This document shows, piece by piece, positions 16,908 to 25,029 of a stretch of DNA of 64,000 nucleotides. The stretch spans positions 1,025,673 through 1,089,672 of the forward strand of contig CAVZZG010000003.1 of the NCBI GenBank assembly GCA_963779685.1, given 5' to 3'. The notes below the pieces were generated by a model. The model searched no databases. It was given only the letters and a program-made list of their open reading frames with translations, and was not told the DNA's origin. Every line of letters begins with the position of its first letter. Position 1 is the first letter of the stretch. The translations under genes were made by a program, and so were the position numbers. The DNA comes from an uncultured Actinomycetes bacterium. Its GTDB lineage: Bacteria; Actinomycetota; Thermoleophilia; Gaiellales; F1-60-MAGs149.

Positions 16908-17597
16908 TCAGTCCGTCCGGAACCGCGGCGAGAGGGCGTAGCGCAGCAGCACCACGTCGCCGATCTCGCGCACCTCGGCGAGCGTCGCCCGCCGTTCCGG
17001 GTTCCAGGGGAAGCTGCCGTTGCTCACGAACCGCGGGGCGCGGGAGTCGCCGACGAAGAACGGAGCGACGACGAGCTGCAGCTCGTCGGCGAGGTTGTCG
17101 GTCAGGAACTGGGTGTGGACCTTGCCGCCACCCTCGACCATCAGCCGCCGCACGCCGCGGTCGCCGAGGTCCTCGCTGATCCTGCGCATGTGCACCGGCT
17201 GGCCACCGTCGACGACGGTCGCGACCGGTCCCAGTCGCGAGCGTGCGTCGGCCACCTGCGGGCTCGCGCAGTAGACGAGCTTCTCGGCGTCGCCGGTGGT
17301 GAAGAACTCGGCGCAGGCATCCAGCTGCGCCCGTTCCGTCACGGTGACCTTGATGGGCGATGGCGCGAGCCCGCGAGCCGTCCGCTCGTCGCGGCGGATC
17401 TGCGAGCGCACCAGCAGCCGCGGATTGTCGTTGCGCACCGTGGCGGCACCCACGAGGATGGCGTCGCAGGACGCGCGCACCGCGTCGACCCTGTCGAAGT
17501 CGGCCTCGTTCGACAGGGCGAGACGCGGCGACGCGTTGCCGAGATAGCCGTCGATCGACATGCTGCAACTCAACAGGGTGTACGGGCGGTCAGTCAT
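16908..17597 (-). CDS. RibD C-terminal domain / dihydrofolate-reductase-like reductase
   Basis: ATG 17597: MTDRPYTLLSCSMSIDGYLG, followed by DAILVGAATVRNDNPRL, RLMVEGGGKVHTQFL and DELQLVVAPFFVG. It overlaps the upstream gene by 8 nt. Confidence 0.85.
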   Translation of the reverse strand: MTDRPYTLLSCSMSIDGYLGNASPRLALSNEADFDRVDAVRASCDAILVGAATVRNDNPRLLVRSQIRRDERTARGLAPSPIKVTVTERAQLDACAEFFTTGDAEKLVYCASPQVADARSRLGPVATVVDGGQPVHMRRISEDLGDRGVRRLMVEGGGKVHTQFLTDNLADELQLVVAPFFVGDSRAPRFVSNGSFPWNPERRATLAEVREIGDVVLLRYALSPRFRTD

Positions 17598-18639
17598 CTG
17601 CGGCTCCGTCCGCCGCCGCGACCCGGGCACGGTCGGCCAGCGGCGGTTCCAGCCAGGCTGGAAGTCGGGTGCGACGGAACCATCCCACAAAGAGGATCAC
17701 GGCACCGGGCAGGCTGGCGACGAGCGCCATGACGCCGTAGACCACGGCAGTGGCGACCCCGTGCTGGGCACCCAGGCCGGCCGCGGCGAACACCCAGGCC
17801 GCCACGCCCTCGCGTGGCCCCCAGCCGCCGACGCTGGGCAGCACCATGGCCAGCATCACGAGCAGCGCCAGCGGAAGCATCCGGGCGAACGACGCGGTGG
17901 TGCCCGCGGTCCGCGCGGCGATCAGGAAGGTGACCGCGTGGCCGGCGACGACCAAGGCGGAGGCGAGCGCGATGCCCAGCCATGCCCGGCGGGCCAGCAG
18001 CCCGTCGCGGATGTCGCCGGCCACCGCGCTGCGGATGCGCGCCCACCGCGACCGAACGCCACGGGGGCGAGGCCGCGCCGCGATCAGGATGCCGAGCACG
18101 GCCGCGACGATCGCGATCGCGACCAGCGGCATCGACGACTGCACGGGCGACGGCAGCACCAGGAGCACGACGACGGTCACGATCGCCTGCACCAGTTGCC
18201 CGGCGGAACGCTCCCACACGACGGCTCGCAACCCGCGGCCGACGTCGCTCACCTGATGGCCGTGGCTGAGTCCGCGGTGGACGTCGCCAACGACCCCGCC
18301 GGGCAGCGTGACGTTCAGGAACAGCGACCGGTAGTACGCCGCCACCGCAGCCGGCAGCGACAGCTCGACGCCGAGACCGCGGGCGACGAGCTTCCACCGC
18401 CAGGCACAGCACACGGTGGTCACCACCGCGAGCCCGGCGGCCGCCGCCAGCGCCCGGCCGTCGACCGTTCGCAGACCGTCGAGGAACGGGCCTGCGCCCA
18501 GGCGCCAGACGAGGACGGCGAACGTCACGGCGGCGCCCACGAAGCGGGCCCGCGCCCATACCGTCCGGCTCATCCTGTGCCCGATCTGCTCGACGACGCC
18601 TCCGACCCGGGATACGCGCCAGCGGGCAGCCGCGTTCAT
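17590..18639 (-). CDS. UPF0104 / lysylphosphatidylglycerol-synthase-TM-region (flippase-like) membrane protein
   Basis: ATG 18639 overlaps the upstream stop (ATGA). About 8 TM helices. Contains WRWKLVARGLGVELS, YYRSLFLNVTLPGGVVGDVHR, WERSAGQLV and GGWGPREGV. Confidence 0.75.
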   Translation of the reverse strand: MNAAARWRVSRVGGVVEQIGHRMSRTVWARARFVGAAVTFAVLVWRLGAGPFLDGLRTVDGRALAAAAGLAVVTTVCCAWRWKLVARGLGVELSLPAAVAAYYRSLFLNVTLPGGVVGDVHRGLSHGHQVSDVGRGLRAVVWERSAGQLVQAIVTVVVLLVLPSPVQSSMPLVAIAIVAAVLGILIAARPRPRGVRSRWARIRSAVAGDIRDGLLARRAWLGIALASALVVAGHAVTFLIAARTAGTTASFARMLPLALLVMLAMVLPSVGGWGPREGVAAWVFAAAGLGAQHGVATAVVYGVMALVASLPGAVILFVGWFRRTRLPAWLEPPLADRARVAAADGAADD

Positions 18640-19461
18640 CCGGGCAGGATCAGCAGGTCGGCGTGGTCGACGGTGACGGCGAGCCGTCCCGCCGCTGCCT
18701 GCGCCAGGCGCCGGCGGGCGTAGGCGTCGGCTTCGGCGGCCAGCCCGGCCTGCTGTTCGCAGGCGGCACCAACCCACCCGGTGAACCACTCGGCCGTCAG
18801 GCCGGCCTCGGATGCGCCGAGTCGCCAGGGGCTGGGCCGGACGAGCACCTCGGCCCCGAGCCGGCCAAACCCTTCGACGGCGACCGCGACGGCGTCCGGG
18901 CCGAGCAGGCGGCCTGCCGGCCGTCGTACGGCGCTGGTGGGCGTCGAAGGCGGCAGCCACGCGGGCGTCGAGCGGATCCGCCGGGCTCAGGTCGACGCGA
19001 CCGACGACCGACAGGGTCAGCAGCACCGGACACCCGGCGGCGCCGCAGATCGCGATCAGCCCGGCCATCTCATCCCCGGTCAGCAGGTCGAGCAGCGCCG
19101 AGGCGGTGACGAGGGTTGCGCCGGCGAGATCGTCCGGGCCCAGCCCGGTGACGTCGGACCGCCTGGCCTCGACCGTGACGGCCGATCCGTCGGCGGCCGG
19201 GCCGGGGAGGTCGGCGGTGGCGACCGCCAGCAGGTCGGCGTCGCGGTCGTGCACCACCCAGTGCTGGCGGCCGGACAGTCGTGGCGCGAGCCATCGGCCC
19301 ATCGCCCCGGTGCCGCAGCCGAGGTCGTGGATCGTACGGCGGCCGGTTGCCGGGAGGTGTCGTCGAAGGTGGTCGACGAGGTCGGGCGCGCGGGCCGCGG
19401 CGTCCGCCCGCTCGCGCAGGGCGAGCCACGCCCGGCTGACCCGGATGCCCTCGACGGTCAT
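18636..19461 (-). pseudogene. SAM-dependent methyltransferase, frame disrupted near 18912-18920 (or assembly indel)
   Basis: ATG 19461 overlaps the GT4 stop (ATGA). The N-terminal frame reads [22 protein letters not shown]...IHDLGCGTGAMGRWL...AAFDAHQRRTTAG. The C-terminal frame reads GRLLGPDAVAVAVEGFGRLGAEVLVRPSPWRLG...VDHADLLILPG and ends at TGA 18636. Codon bias switches between the frames. Confidence 0.65.
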
Positions 19462-20492
19462 CGCGACACGCCGGCCAGGACGCCTGCGAGGACGGACGTG
19501 GTGGCCGGCCATCCGGCGAGCGACCCCCGCCGCTCGCGGGCGGCGAGGCGAAGCCGCCGCCGCAAGCCCGGGTCGCCGAGCCAGGCGCGGAGGGCTGCGC
19601 CGAGCGCCGCGCCGTCGCCGGGCGGCACCAGCAGCCCCGGCCGGATCCCGTCCGCGCCGTGGCCAAGGGCCTCCGGCACCCCGCCGACCTCGGTTGCCAG
19701 CACCGGCAGGCCACGGGCCAGGGCCTCGGTGACGACCATCCCGTACGTCTCTGCGCGCGACGCCAGCAACAAGACGTCGGCGGCCGCGTAGCTGCGGTCG
19801 AGCTCGGGACTGGTCTGCGGGCCCGGGAAGCACACCCGGCCGCTCAGCGCGCCGTCGAGTGCCCGGCTGCGGAGATGTTCCACGAACGCCGGCTCGCGGT
19901 CAACGCTGCCGACGCACACGCAGTGCCAGTGCAGGTCCGCGGTCGCCGAAAGCGCATCGAGTAGGACGTCGTGTCCCTTGTCGGGTGTCACCGCCGCGAC
20001 GCAGAGCAGCGCCCCGGCGGACGGGGTGCCCGGTGCGATGTCGGCAGCGTCCACGCCGGGCTCGGCGACGCGCACCCGCTCGGCCGGCAGGGAGTACAGC
20101 TCCAGCAGCAGGCCCCGGGCCCACGCGCTGGTCGTGACGACGGCAGCGGCGGCGGCGAGGACCGCGTGTTCCGACGGCTGGCGGAGCGGCATGTGCACGA
20201 GCACGACCAGCCGCAACCGGCCGGACTGCGGCACCAGCACCTCGGGGGCCGTGCAGGCGACCAGTCCATCGAGCAGCACGACGGCGTCGTCGGGGATTCG
20301 CCGGACGACGTCGTTGAGAGCGGCCCGTGACGCCGCGTCGGGTCGCGGCCAGCAGCCGGGTACGGCGTGCTCGTGCACCGTCCAGCCGATCGCGGCGAGC
20401 CCGCGGCAGACATGGCGGTCGTAGGCGTTGCCGCCGCTCGGCCGGGCCGGGTCGTCGATGCCGTCGGGTACGACGACGTGCACCGCCGTCAC
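19458..20492 (-). CDS. GT4-family (GT-B) glycosyltransferase
   Basis: GTG 20492 overlaps the PTPS-like stop (GTGA). Contains [37 protein letters not shown] and [34 protein letters not shown] (E-x7-E region). Confidence 0.85.
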   Translation of the reverse strand: MTAVHVVVPDGIDDPARPSGGNAYDRHVCRGLAAIGWTVHEHAVPGCWPRPDAASRAALNDVVRRIPDDAVVLLDGLVACTAPEVLVPQSGRLRLVVLVHMPLRQPSEHAVLAAAAAVVTTSAWARGLLLELYSLPAERVRVAEPGVDAADIAPGTPSAGALLCVAAVTPDKGHDVLLDALSATADLHWHCVCVGSVDREPAFVEHLRSRALDGALSGRVCFPGPQTSPELDRSYAAADVLLLASRAETYGMVVTEALARGLPVLATEVGGVPEALGHGADGIRPGLLVPPGDGAALGAALRAWLGDPGLRRRLRLAARERRGSLAGWPATTSVLAGVLAGVSR

Positions 20493-20887
20493 AGCGAACG
20501 CTCGTAGGTCGCCCACGCGACGTGCGACTCGTGCAGCGTGACGACCAGCCCGACGATCTCCCGGGCGGCCTCGCCCAGGGCCCCCGCGTGCACACGGTCG
20601 GCGAGCCGGTCCGCGACCACCCGCGCGAGCGCCTCGGTGGAGGTGTTCGTGCCTGCGAAGGCGGCCTCGTCGTCGAGGTTCCGGAAGCTGAGCTCGGCCA
20701 GCACCGCACGCAACTCCGTGGCCGCTCGACCGATGTCGACCACGATGTTGTCGGCGTCGAGGGTCGCGCGCCGGAACGTGGCATCGACGATGTACGTCGC
20801 GCCGTGCAGGCGCTGCGCCGGCCCGAACACCTCGCCGCGGAAGCTGTGGGCGATCATCATGTGGTCGCGAACCGTCACGCTGAACAC
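20489..20887 (-). CDS. 6-pyruvoyl-tetrahydropterin synthase / QueD-like protein, non-canonical active site
   Basis: 132 aa: [38 protein letters not shown]. This has the T-fold family layout, but the C-x3-H-G-H stretch reads A-Q-R-L-H-G-A. Confidence 0.75.
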   Translation of the reverse strand: MFSVTVRDHMMIAHSFRGEVFGPAQRLHGATYIVDATFRRATLDADNIVVDIGRAATELRAVLAELSFRNLDDEAAFAGTNTSTEALARVVADRLADRVHAGALGEAAREIVGLVVTLHESHVAWATYERSL

Positions 20888-20890
20888 GAT

Positions 20891-21943
20891 CTACCCCTCG
20901 CCGTAGGTGATGGTGTGGCAGAGCGCCGGCAGGCTCCCCGCCGCCAGCCGGGCCATGACGTCGGGCAACTCGTCAAAGTGTGACTGCCCGGTGATGAGCG
21001 CGTCGAAGGCCGGGTCGCGCAGCAGGTCGAGTGCGAGTTCCAGCCGTTCGGCCGTCGTGCGACGCCCGCGCCGGGCCGGCGAGAGCGCGCCGACCTGGCT
21101 GGCGCGGATGCCGAGGCGGCCCGAGTGGAACGCCCCACCCAGCGAGAGCCGCACCTCGACGTCGCCGTACCAGCTGAGGTCGATGACGGTGCCCTCCGGC
21201 GCAAGCAGATCGAGCGACCGCTGGAGTCCGGCCGACGTCGCGCTGGCATGCACGACCAGGTCACGGTCGCCGGCGGCGTCGGCCGGCAGCGCGAAGCCCA
21301 CGCCGAGCGCGGCCGCCACCTGGGCCCGCCCGGCATCGACATCGACGAGCGTGACCTCCACGGCCGGAAACCGGCTCAGCAGGCGGGCGACGCAGCAGCC
21401 GACCATGCCCGCGCCGACGACCGTGACCCGGTCTCCCACCAGTGGTGCGGCATCCCACAGGGCGTTGACCGCGGTCTCGACCGTGCCGGCGAGCACGGCC
21501 CGGGCGGGTGGCACGCCCTCGGGCACGACCGTCACGGCGGCGGCCGGTACCACGTAGGCGGTCTGGTGCGGGTGCAGGCAGAAGACCGTGCGGCCGTGCA
21601 GCGCCGGCGGCCCCTCGGCCACGAGGCCGACGCTGAGATAGCCGTACTTGACCGGCGCCGGGAAGTCGCCCTCCTGGAATGGCGCCCGCATCGCGGCGTA
21701 CTGACCCGGCGGCACACCGCCCCGGAACACCAGCGTCTCGGTGCCGCGGCTGATCCCTGACCGCAGGGTGCGCACCAGCACGTCGTCGCGCCCCGCCTCG
21801 GGCAGCGCGACCGGCCGGATCTCACCGCAGCCGGGCGCACGCAGCCAGAACGCCCGTGCGTCGTCCGGCAGGGGCCTCAGCTTGCTCGACCTCGCATCGG
21901 TGAACAACGATACCGCCGGCGCCTCACCGGTGCCGCTCGCCAC
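20891..21943 (-). CDS. Zinc-binding alcohol dehydrogenase family (MDR) protein
   Basis: 350 aa. Contains VLVRTLRSGISRGTE, PVKYGYLSVG and VTVVGAGMVGCCVARLL (Rossmann motif). Starts at GTG 21943, the first gene of the coupled operon. Confidence 0.8.
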   Translation of the reverse strand: MASGTGEAPAVSLFTDARSSKLRPLPDDARAFWLRAPGCGEIRPVALPEAGRDDVLVRTLRSGISRGTETLVFRGGVPPGQYAAMRAPFQEGDFPAPVKYGYLSVGLVAEGPPALHGRTVFCLHPHQTAYVVPAAAVTVVPEGVPPARAVLAGTVETAVNALWDAAPLVGDRVTVVGAGMVGCCVARLLSRFPAVEVTLVDVDAGRAQVAAALGVGFALPADAAGDRDLVVHASATSAGLQRSLDLLAPEGTVIDLSWYGDVEVRLSLGGAFHSGRLGIRASQVGALSPARRGRRTTAERLELALDLLRDPAFDALITGQSHFDELPDVMARLAAGSLPALCHTITYGEG

Positions 21944-22079
21944 GATCGGGCACGACCGGTAATGACACGCTCACGCCCGACTCACGACGCCATCACCGTC
22001 GGCTGGCATGCTCGAAGCCATTGCGCTCAGCGGCCCGCCGGACTCCGGCCCACCGCGGCGCCAACTGGAGGAGGTCGTC

Positions 22080-22463
22080 ATGACGCTACCTCGATCAAGC
22101 GCCGCTGCGCTGGGCTTCGCCCTGCTCGTGATCGCGGCGCCCGCGGCAAACGCCGCGGTCGATTGGAGCGCGGCGCTCAGGCCCGCCGCGGCGCTCCCAC
22201 GGGCGGGCGGCACCGCCCAGTATCAGGCCCAGCCGGGCCAACGCGAGTTGCAGGTCGAGGTCGAGCACCTCGCGAAGTTCGCCGGCCGGCGGCTGACGAT
22301 CTACGTCGACCGAAACGCCGTCGGCACCGCCGTCGTCACCCGCCGCGGAATCGCACAGTGGAGCCGCAACACCGAACTCGGCCAGCCCGTGCCGCGGATC
22401 GTGCTCGGCACGCGCATCGTCATCCGCCTCGGCGGCCATCCGATCCTGACCGGCCGCTTCTGA
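22080..22463 (+). CDS. Small secreted protein, unknown function
   Basis: ATG 22080 is preceded by GGAGGAGG 6 nt upstream. Signal peptide MTLPRSSAAALGFALLVIAAPAANA. Confidence 0.6.
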   Translation: MTLPRSSAAALGFALLVIAAPAANAAVDWSAALRPAAALPRAGGTAQYQAQPGQRELQVEVEHLAKFAGRRLTIYVDRNAVGTAVVTRRGIAQWSRNTELGQPVPRIVLGTRIVIRLGGHPILTGRF

Positions 22464-22531
22464 GATGCTCCCCGCATGCAGCCGGGGGCGCCGGCCGCTG
22501 AGGGCACGCCGGTTCGCGAAGTGCAGCGGGG

Positions 22532-22599
22532 GGACGGTCCTCCCATGGGAAATACATGCGAGCCGCAGGCGAGCGTGCGTTTCCTGTGGGAGGCGGTCC
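22532..22599. repeat. Long imperfect inverted repeat (extended hairpin) in a 325-bp non-coding gap
   Basis: GGACGGTCCTCCCATGGGAAA, then a 27-nt loop, then TTTCCTGTGGGAGGCGGTCC. This gives a 14-bp inner stem (2 G-U pairs), a small internal loop and a 4-bp outer stem. The loop region is locally AT-richer (GGAAATACATGCG). Confidence 0.5.
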
Positions 22600-22788
22600 T
22601 CCTGGCAAACGCCGACGGCAGACGGGACACGGCAGCTTCGCCCGCCGCGGCTCCGAACCATGACGGCCGCAGTAGGCGAGTTGGCGGTCGCTCAACGGCC
22701 GCGATGCGCGGGTGGCGTTCGCTCGGAGGCCGCGAAGACGGGCCGCCCACCGCCGCGCGGGCCGTTGCCCGTGAGCGGGTTAGAGAGG

Positions 22789-22872
22789 TGCGGATGAGAG
22801 GACTTGAACCTCCACGCCCTTACGGGCACACGGACCTGAACCGTGCGCGTCTACCAATTCCGCCACATCCGC
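22789..22872 (-). tRNA. tRNA-Leu (anticodon CAG), class II with long variable arm
   Basis: Minus strand: GCGGATGTGGCGGAATTGGTAGACGCGCACGGTTCAGGTCCGTGTGCCCGTAAGGGCGTGGAGGTTCAAGTCCTCTCATCCGCA. Acceptor stem is GCGGATG/CATCCGC. The anticodon stem CACGG/CCGTG carries the loop TTCAGGT. The T-loop is TTCAAGT. CCA is not fully encoded. Confidence 0.93.
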
Positions 22873-22906
22873 ATGCGGCGCCGCGCAGTGTAGCGAAGCC
22901 CCGCAG

Positions 22907-24181
22907 TTAGCCGATGCGCGTCGCGATCGCCTCGAGGGCGTCGCAGAGCCGGTCGACCTCGTCCGTCGTCGTGTAGTGCAGGAAGCCGGCGCGGACGGCG
23001 CCGCCGCGGTCCTCGAGTCCGAGTGCGAGCATCACGTTCAGCGCGTAGTAGTTGCCATCCCAGACGAAGATGCCCGCGCGTCCGAGCTCCTCGGCGATGG
23101 CGCGTGGGTGGACGCCGTCGATCGTGATCGCGAAGGTGGGCGTGCGTTCGGCCACGCGGGCCGGATCCGCGATGCCGTGCAGGGCGAGCCCGGGGATGTC
23201 GGCCAGCCGGCCCATGGCCTGCCGGGAGAGGGCCTCCTCGTGGGCCGTGATGCGGGCGTAGGCGCTGTCGAGGCGCGCCCGTCGGGTGCCACCCTCGCCG
23301 AGCTCGGCGAGGTAGTCGACGGCCGCGACGAAGCCGGCCAGCGCCTCGTGGCTCTGCGTGCCGGTCTCGAACCGGTGCGCGGCCGGCGTCTCGGCGGCGG
23401 GCCGGACGCGATCGGCGGGCCAGTGCTGGGCGAGGTCGTGCCGGATCGCCGCCATGCCGAGGTGCGGCCCGAAGTACTTGTACGGCGAGCAGACGACGAC
23501 GTCGAGGCCCATGCCCCGGCGGTCGATGCGGCCGTGCGGGGCGTAGTGCACGGCATCTGCCCACGCCAGAGCGCCTACCCGATGCGCCGCGTCGGCGATC
23601 CGGCGGGCGTCGGGCTTCGAGCCGACCGCGTTCGAAGCCAGGGTGAAGGCGACCACCTTCGTGCGCTCCGACAGCAGCGACTCCAGCACGTCGACGTCGA
23701 GCGTCACGTCCGCCGACCGGATGGGGGCGGTGTGCACGGTGAGCTGGTGATCGTCGGCGACGCGCAGCCAGGGGCTGACGTTGCCGTCGTGATCGAGCTG
23801 CGTGACGACGATCTCGTCGCCCGGCTGCAGCGTCCTTGCGACGGCGTGGGCCAGCTGGAAGTTCAGCGTGGTCATGTTGGCCCCGAACGCGATCTCGTCC
23901 GGATCCGAGCCGGTGAAGTCGGCGCCGGCCTGGCGCGCACGGTCGTAGAGCGCGTCGGACTCCGCGCTGGTGACGAAGGCGCCGTCGAGGTTCGCGTTCG
24001 ACCCGCGCAGGTACGCGGTGATGGCGTCGATGACGGTATCCGGGGCCTGCGATCCTCCCGGACCGTCGAGGAAGGCGGCGGGCCTGCCCGCCACCTGGCG
24101 CTGCAGGGCGGGGAAGCGGCGCCGGAGCGCCGCGACGTCGAGCGGGGGCGTTTCGATCGCGGTCACGGCGGCAGCGTACAC
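22907..24181 (-). CDS. Cysteine desulfurase-like class V aminotransferase (PLP-dependent)
   Basis: 424 aa. Contains RRRFPAL, AFLDGPGGSQAP, VVTQLDHDGNVSPW, ADAVHYAPH and VCSPYKYFGPHLG (PLP Lys region). Confidence 0.85.
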   Translation of the reverse strand: MYAAAVTAIETPPLDVAALRRRFPALQRQVAGRPAAFLDGPGGSQAPDTVIDAITAYLRGSNANLDGAFVTSAESDALYDRARQAGADFTGSDPDEIAFGANMTTLNFQLAHAVARTLQPGDEIVVTQLDHDGNVSPWLRVADDHQLTVHTAPIRSADVTLDVDVLESLLSERTKVVAFTLASNAVGSKPDARRIADAAHRVGALAWADAVHYAPHGRIDRRGMGLDVVVCSPYKYFGPHLGMAAIRHDLAQHWPADRVRPAAETPAAHRFETGTQSHEALAGFVAAVDYLAELGEGGTRRARLDSAYARITAHEEALSRQAMGRLADIPGLALHGIADPARVAERTPTFAITIDGVHPRAIAEELGRAGIFVWDGNYYALNVMLALGLEDRGGAVRAGFLHYTTTDEVDRLCDALEAIATRIG

Positions 24182-24189
24182 TCACGCCG

Positions 24190-25020
24190 ATGTCGATCGT
24201 GGTCGTGGTGGGATCGGTGAACGTCGACCTGGTCGTGACCGTCGACCGCCTGCCCGCGCCGGGCGAGACCGTCACCGGCGGGACGTTCGCGATCCACCAT
24301 GGCGGCAAGGGCGCCAACCAGGCGGTCGCCGCCGCCCGGGCCGGCGCCGCGGTGACGATGGTCGGCGCCGTCGGCGACGACGACAACGGGGCGTCGGCGC
24401 GCGCGGCGCTGGCTGCCGAGGGCGTCGATACGTCACTGGTCCGGGTCCTGCCGGGTGAGATGACCGGCGTGGCCCTCATCGCCGTCGACCGCGCCGGCGC
24501 GAACCAGATCGCGGTCGCCTCCGGTGCGAACCATCGCTTCGATGGCCTGCCTCAGCTCCCTCAGGGCGAGGGCGTGCTGCTGGTCGGGTTCGAGGTCGTC
24601 GACGCGGTCGTAGCAGAGGCCGTCGCCGTCGCACGCGGGCGGGGCTGGCCGATCATCGTGAACCCCGCCCCGGCCCGCGAGCTCCCCGCCGCCCTGCGCG
24701 CGAGCGGCGCCATCCTGGTGCCGAACGACGGCGAGGCGGCGCTGCTGGGCGGCGACGCCCGGGCCCTGGCTGCGGTCATCGGCGGGCCGGTGGTGGTGAC
24801 GATGGGGGCGGACGGCGCGCGCCTGATCGACGGCGATCGCGATGTCCGCGTCGCGGCGCCGGAGGTGGTCGCGGTCGACACCACGGGCGCGGGCGACGTG
24901 TTCGCGGGCGTGCTGGCGGCGTCGCTGGCGGACCGTCTGGAGCTCGAGGCCGCCGTGCGCCGCGCCGTCGCGGCGGCGTCGCGCGCCGTCACCGTCCCGG
25001 GCGCACGAGGGGATCGGTAG
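24190..25020 (+). CDS. rbsK: Ribokinase
   Basis: MSIVVVVGSVNVDLVVTVDRLPAPGETV, then HHGGKGANQAVAAAR, NPAP and VDTTGAGDVFAGVLAASL. Confidence 0.85.
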   Translation: MSIVVVVGSVNVDLVVTVDRLPAPGETVTGGTFAIHHGGKGANQAVAAARAGAAVTMVGAVGDDDNGASARAALAAEGVDTSLVRVLPGEMTGVALIAVDRAGANQIAVASGANHRFDGLPQLPQGEGVLLVGFEVVDAVVAEAVAVARGRGWPIIVNPAPARELPAALRASGAILVPNDGEAALLGGDARALAAVIGGPVVVTMGADGARLIDGDRDVRVAAPEVVAVDTTGAGDVFAGVLAASLADRLELEAAVRRAVAAASRAVTVPGARGDR

Positions 25021-25029
25021 ACTCGCACG

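Noticed and set aside
14473-17568. A 1031-aa minus-strand ORF lies opposite the CDP-alcohol transferase fusion. Similar long antisense ORFs occur at 52118..54220 (-), 4807..6591 (-), 6197..7597 (-), 32187..33185 (+) and 40694..41875 (+).
   Set aside because: They have low-complexity R/G/A/P/D composition, lie antisense to genes with strong family motifs, and show no independent start or RBS context.
22465-22910. Track ORFs 22465..22797 (+), 22476..22910 (+) and 22301..22750 (-) fill the gap and run through the tRNA.
   Set aside because: Their composition is junk (R/P/A/G-rich). One reads straight across tRNA-Leu. There is no codon-bias signal, so the region is treated as non-coding.
22700-23000. 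The flanks of tRNA-Leu were examined as a possible integration hotspot (integrase, att repeats, genomic island).
   Set aside because: I found no integrase, recombinase or phage gene, and no direct repeat of the tRNA 3' end. The flanking genes are ordinary metabolic genes with the same composition as the rest of the window.
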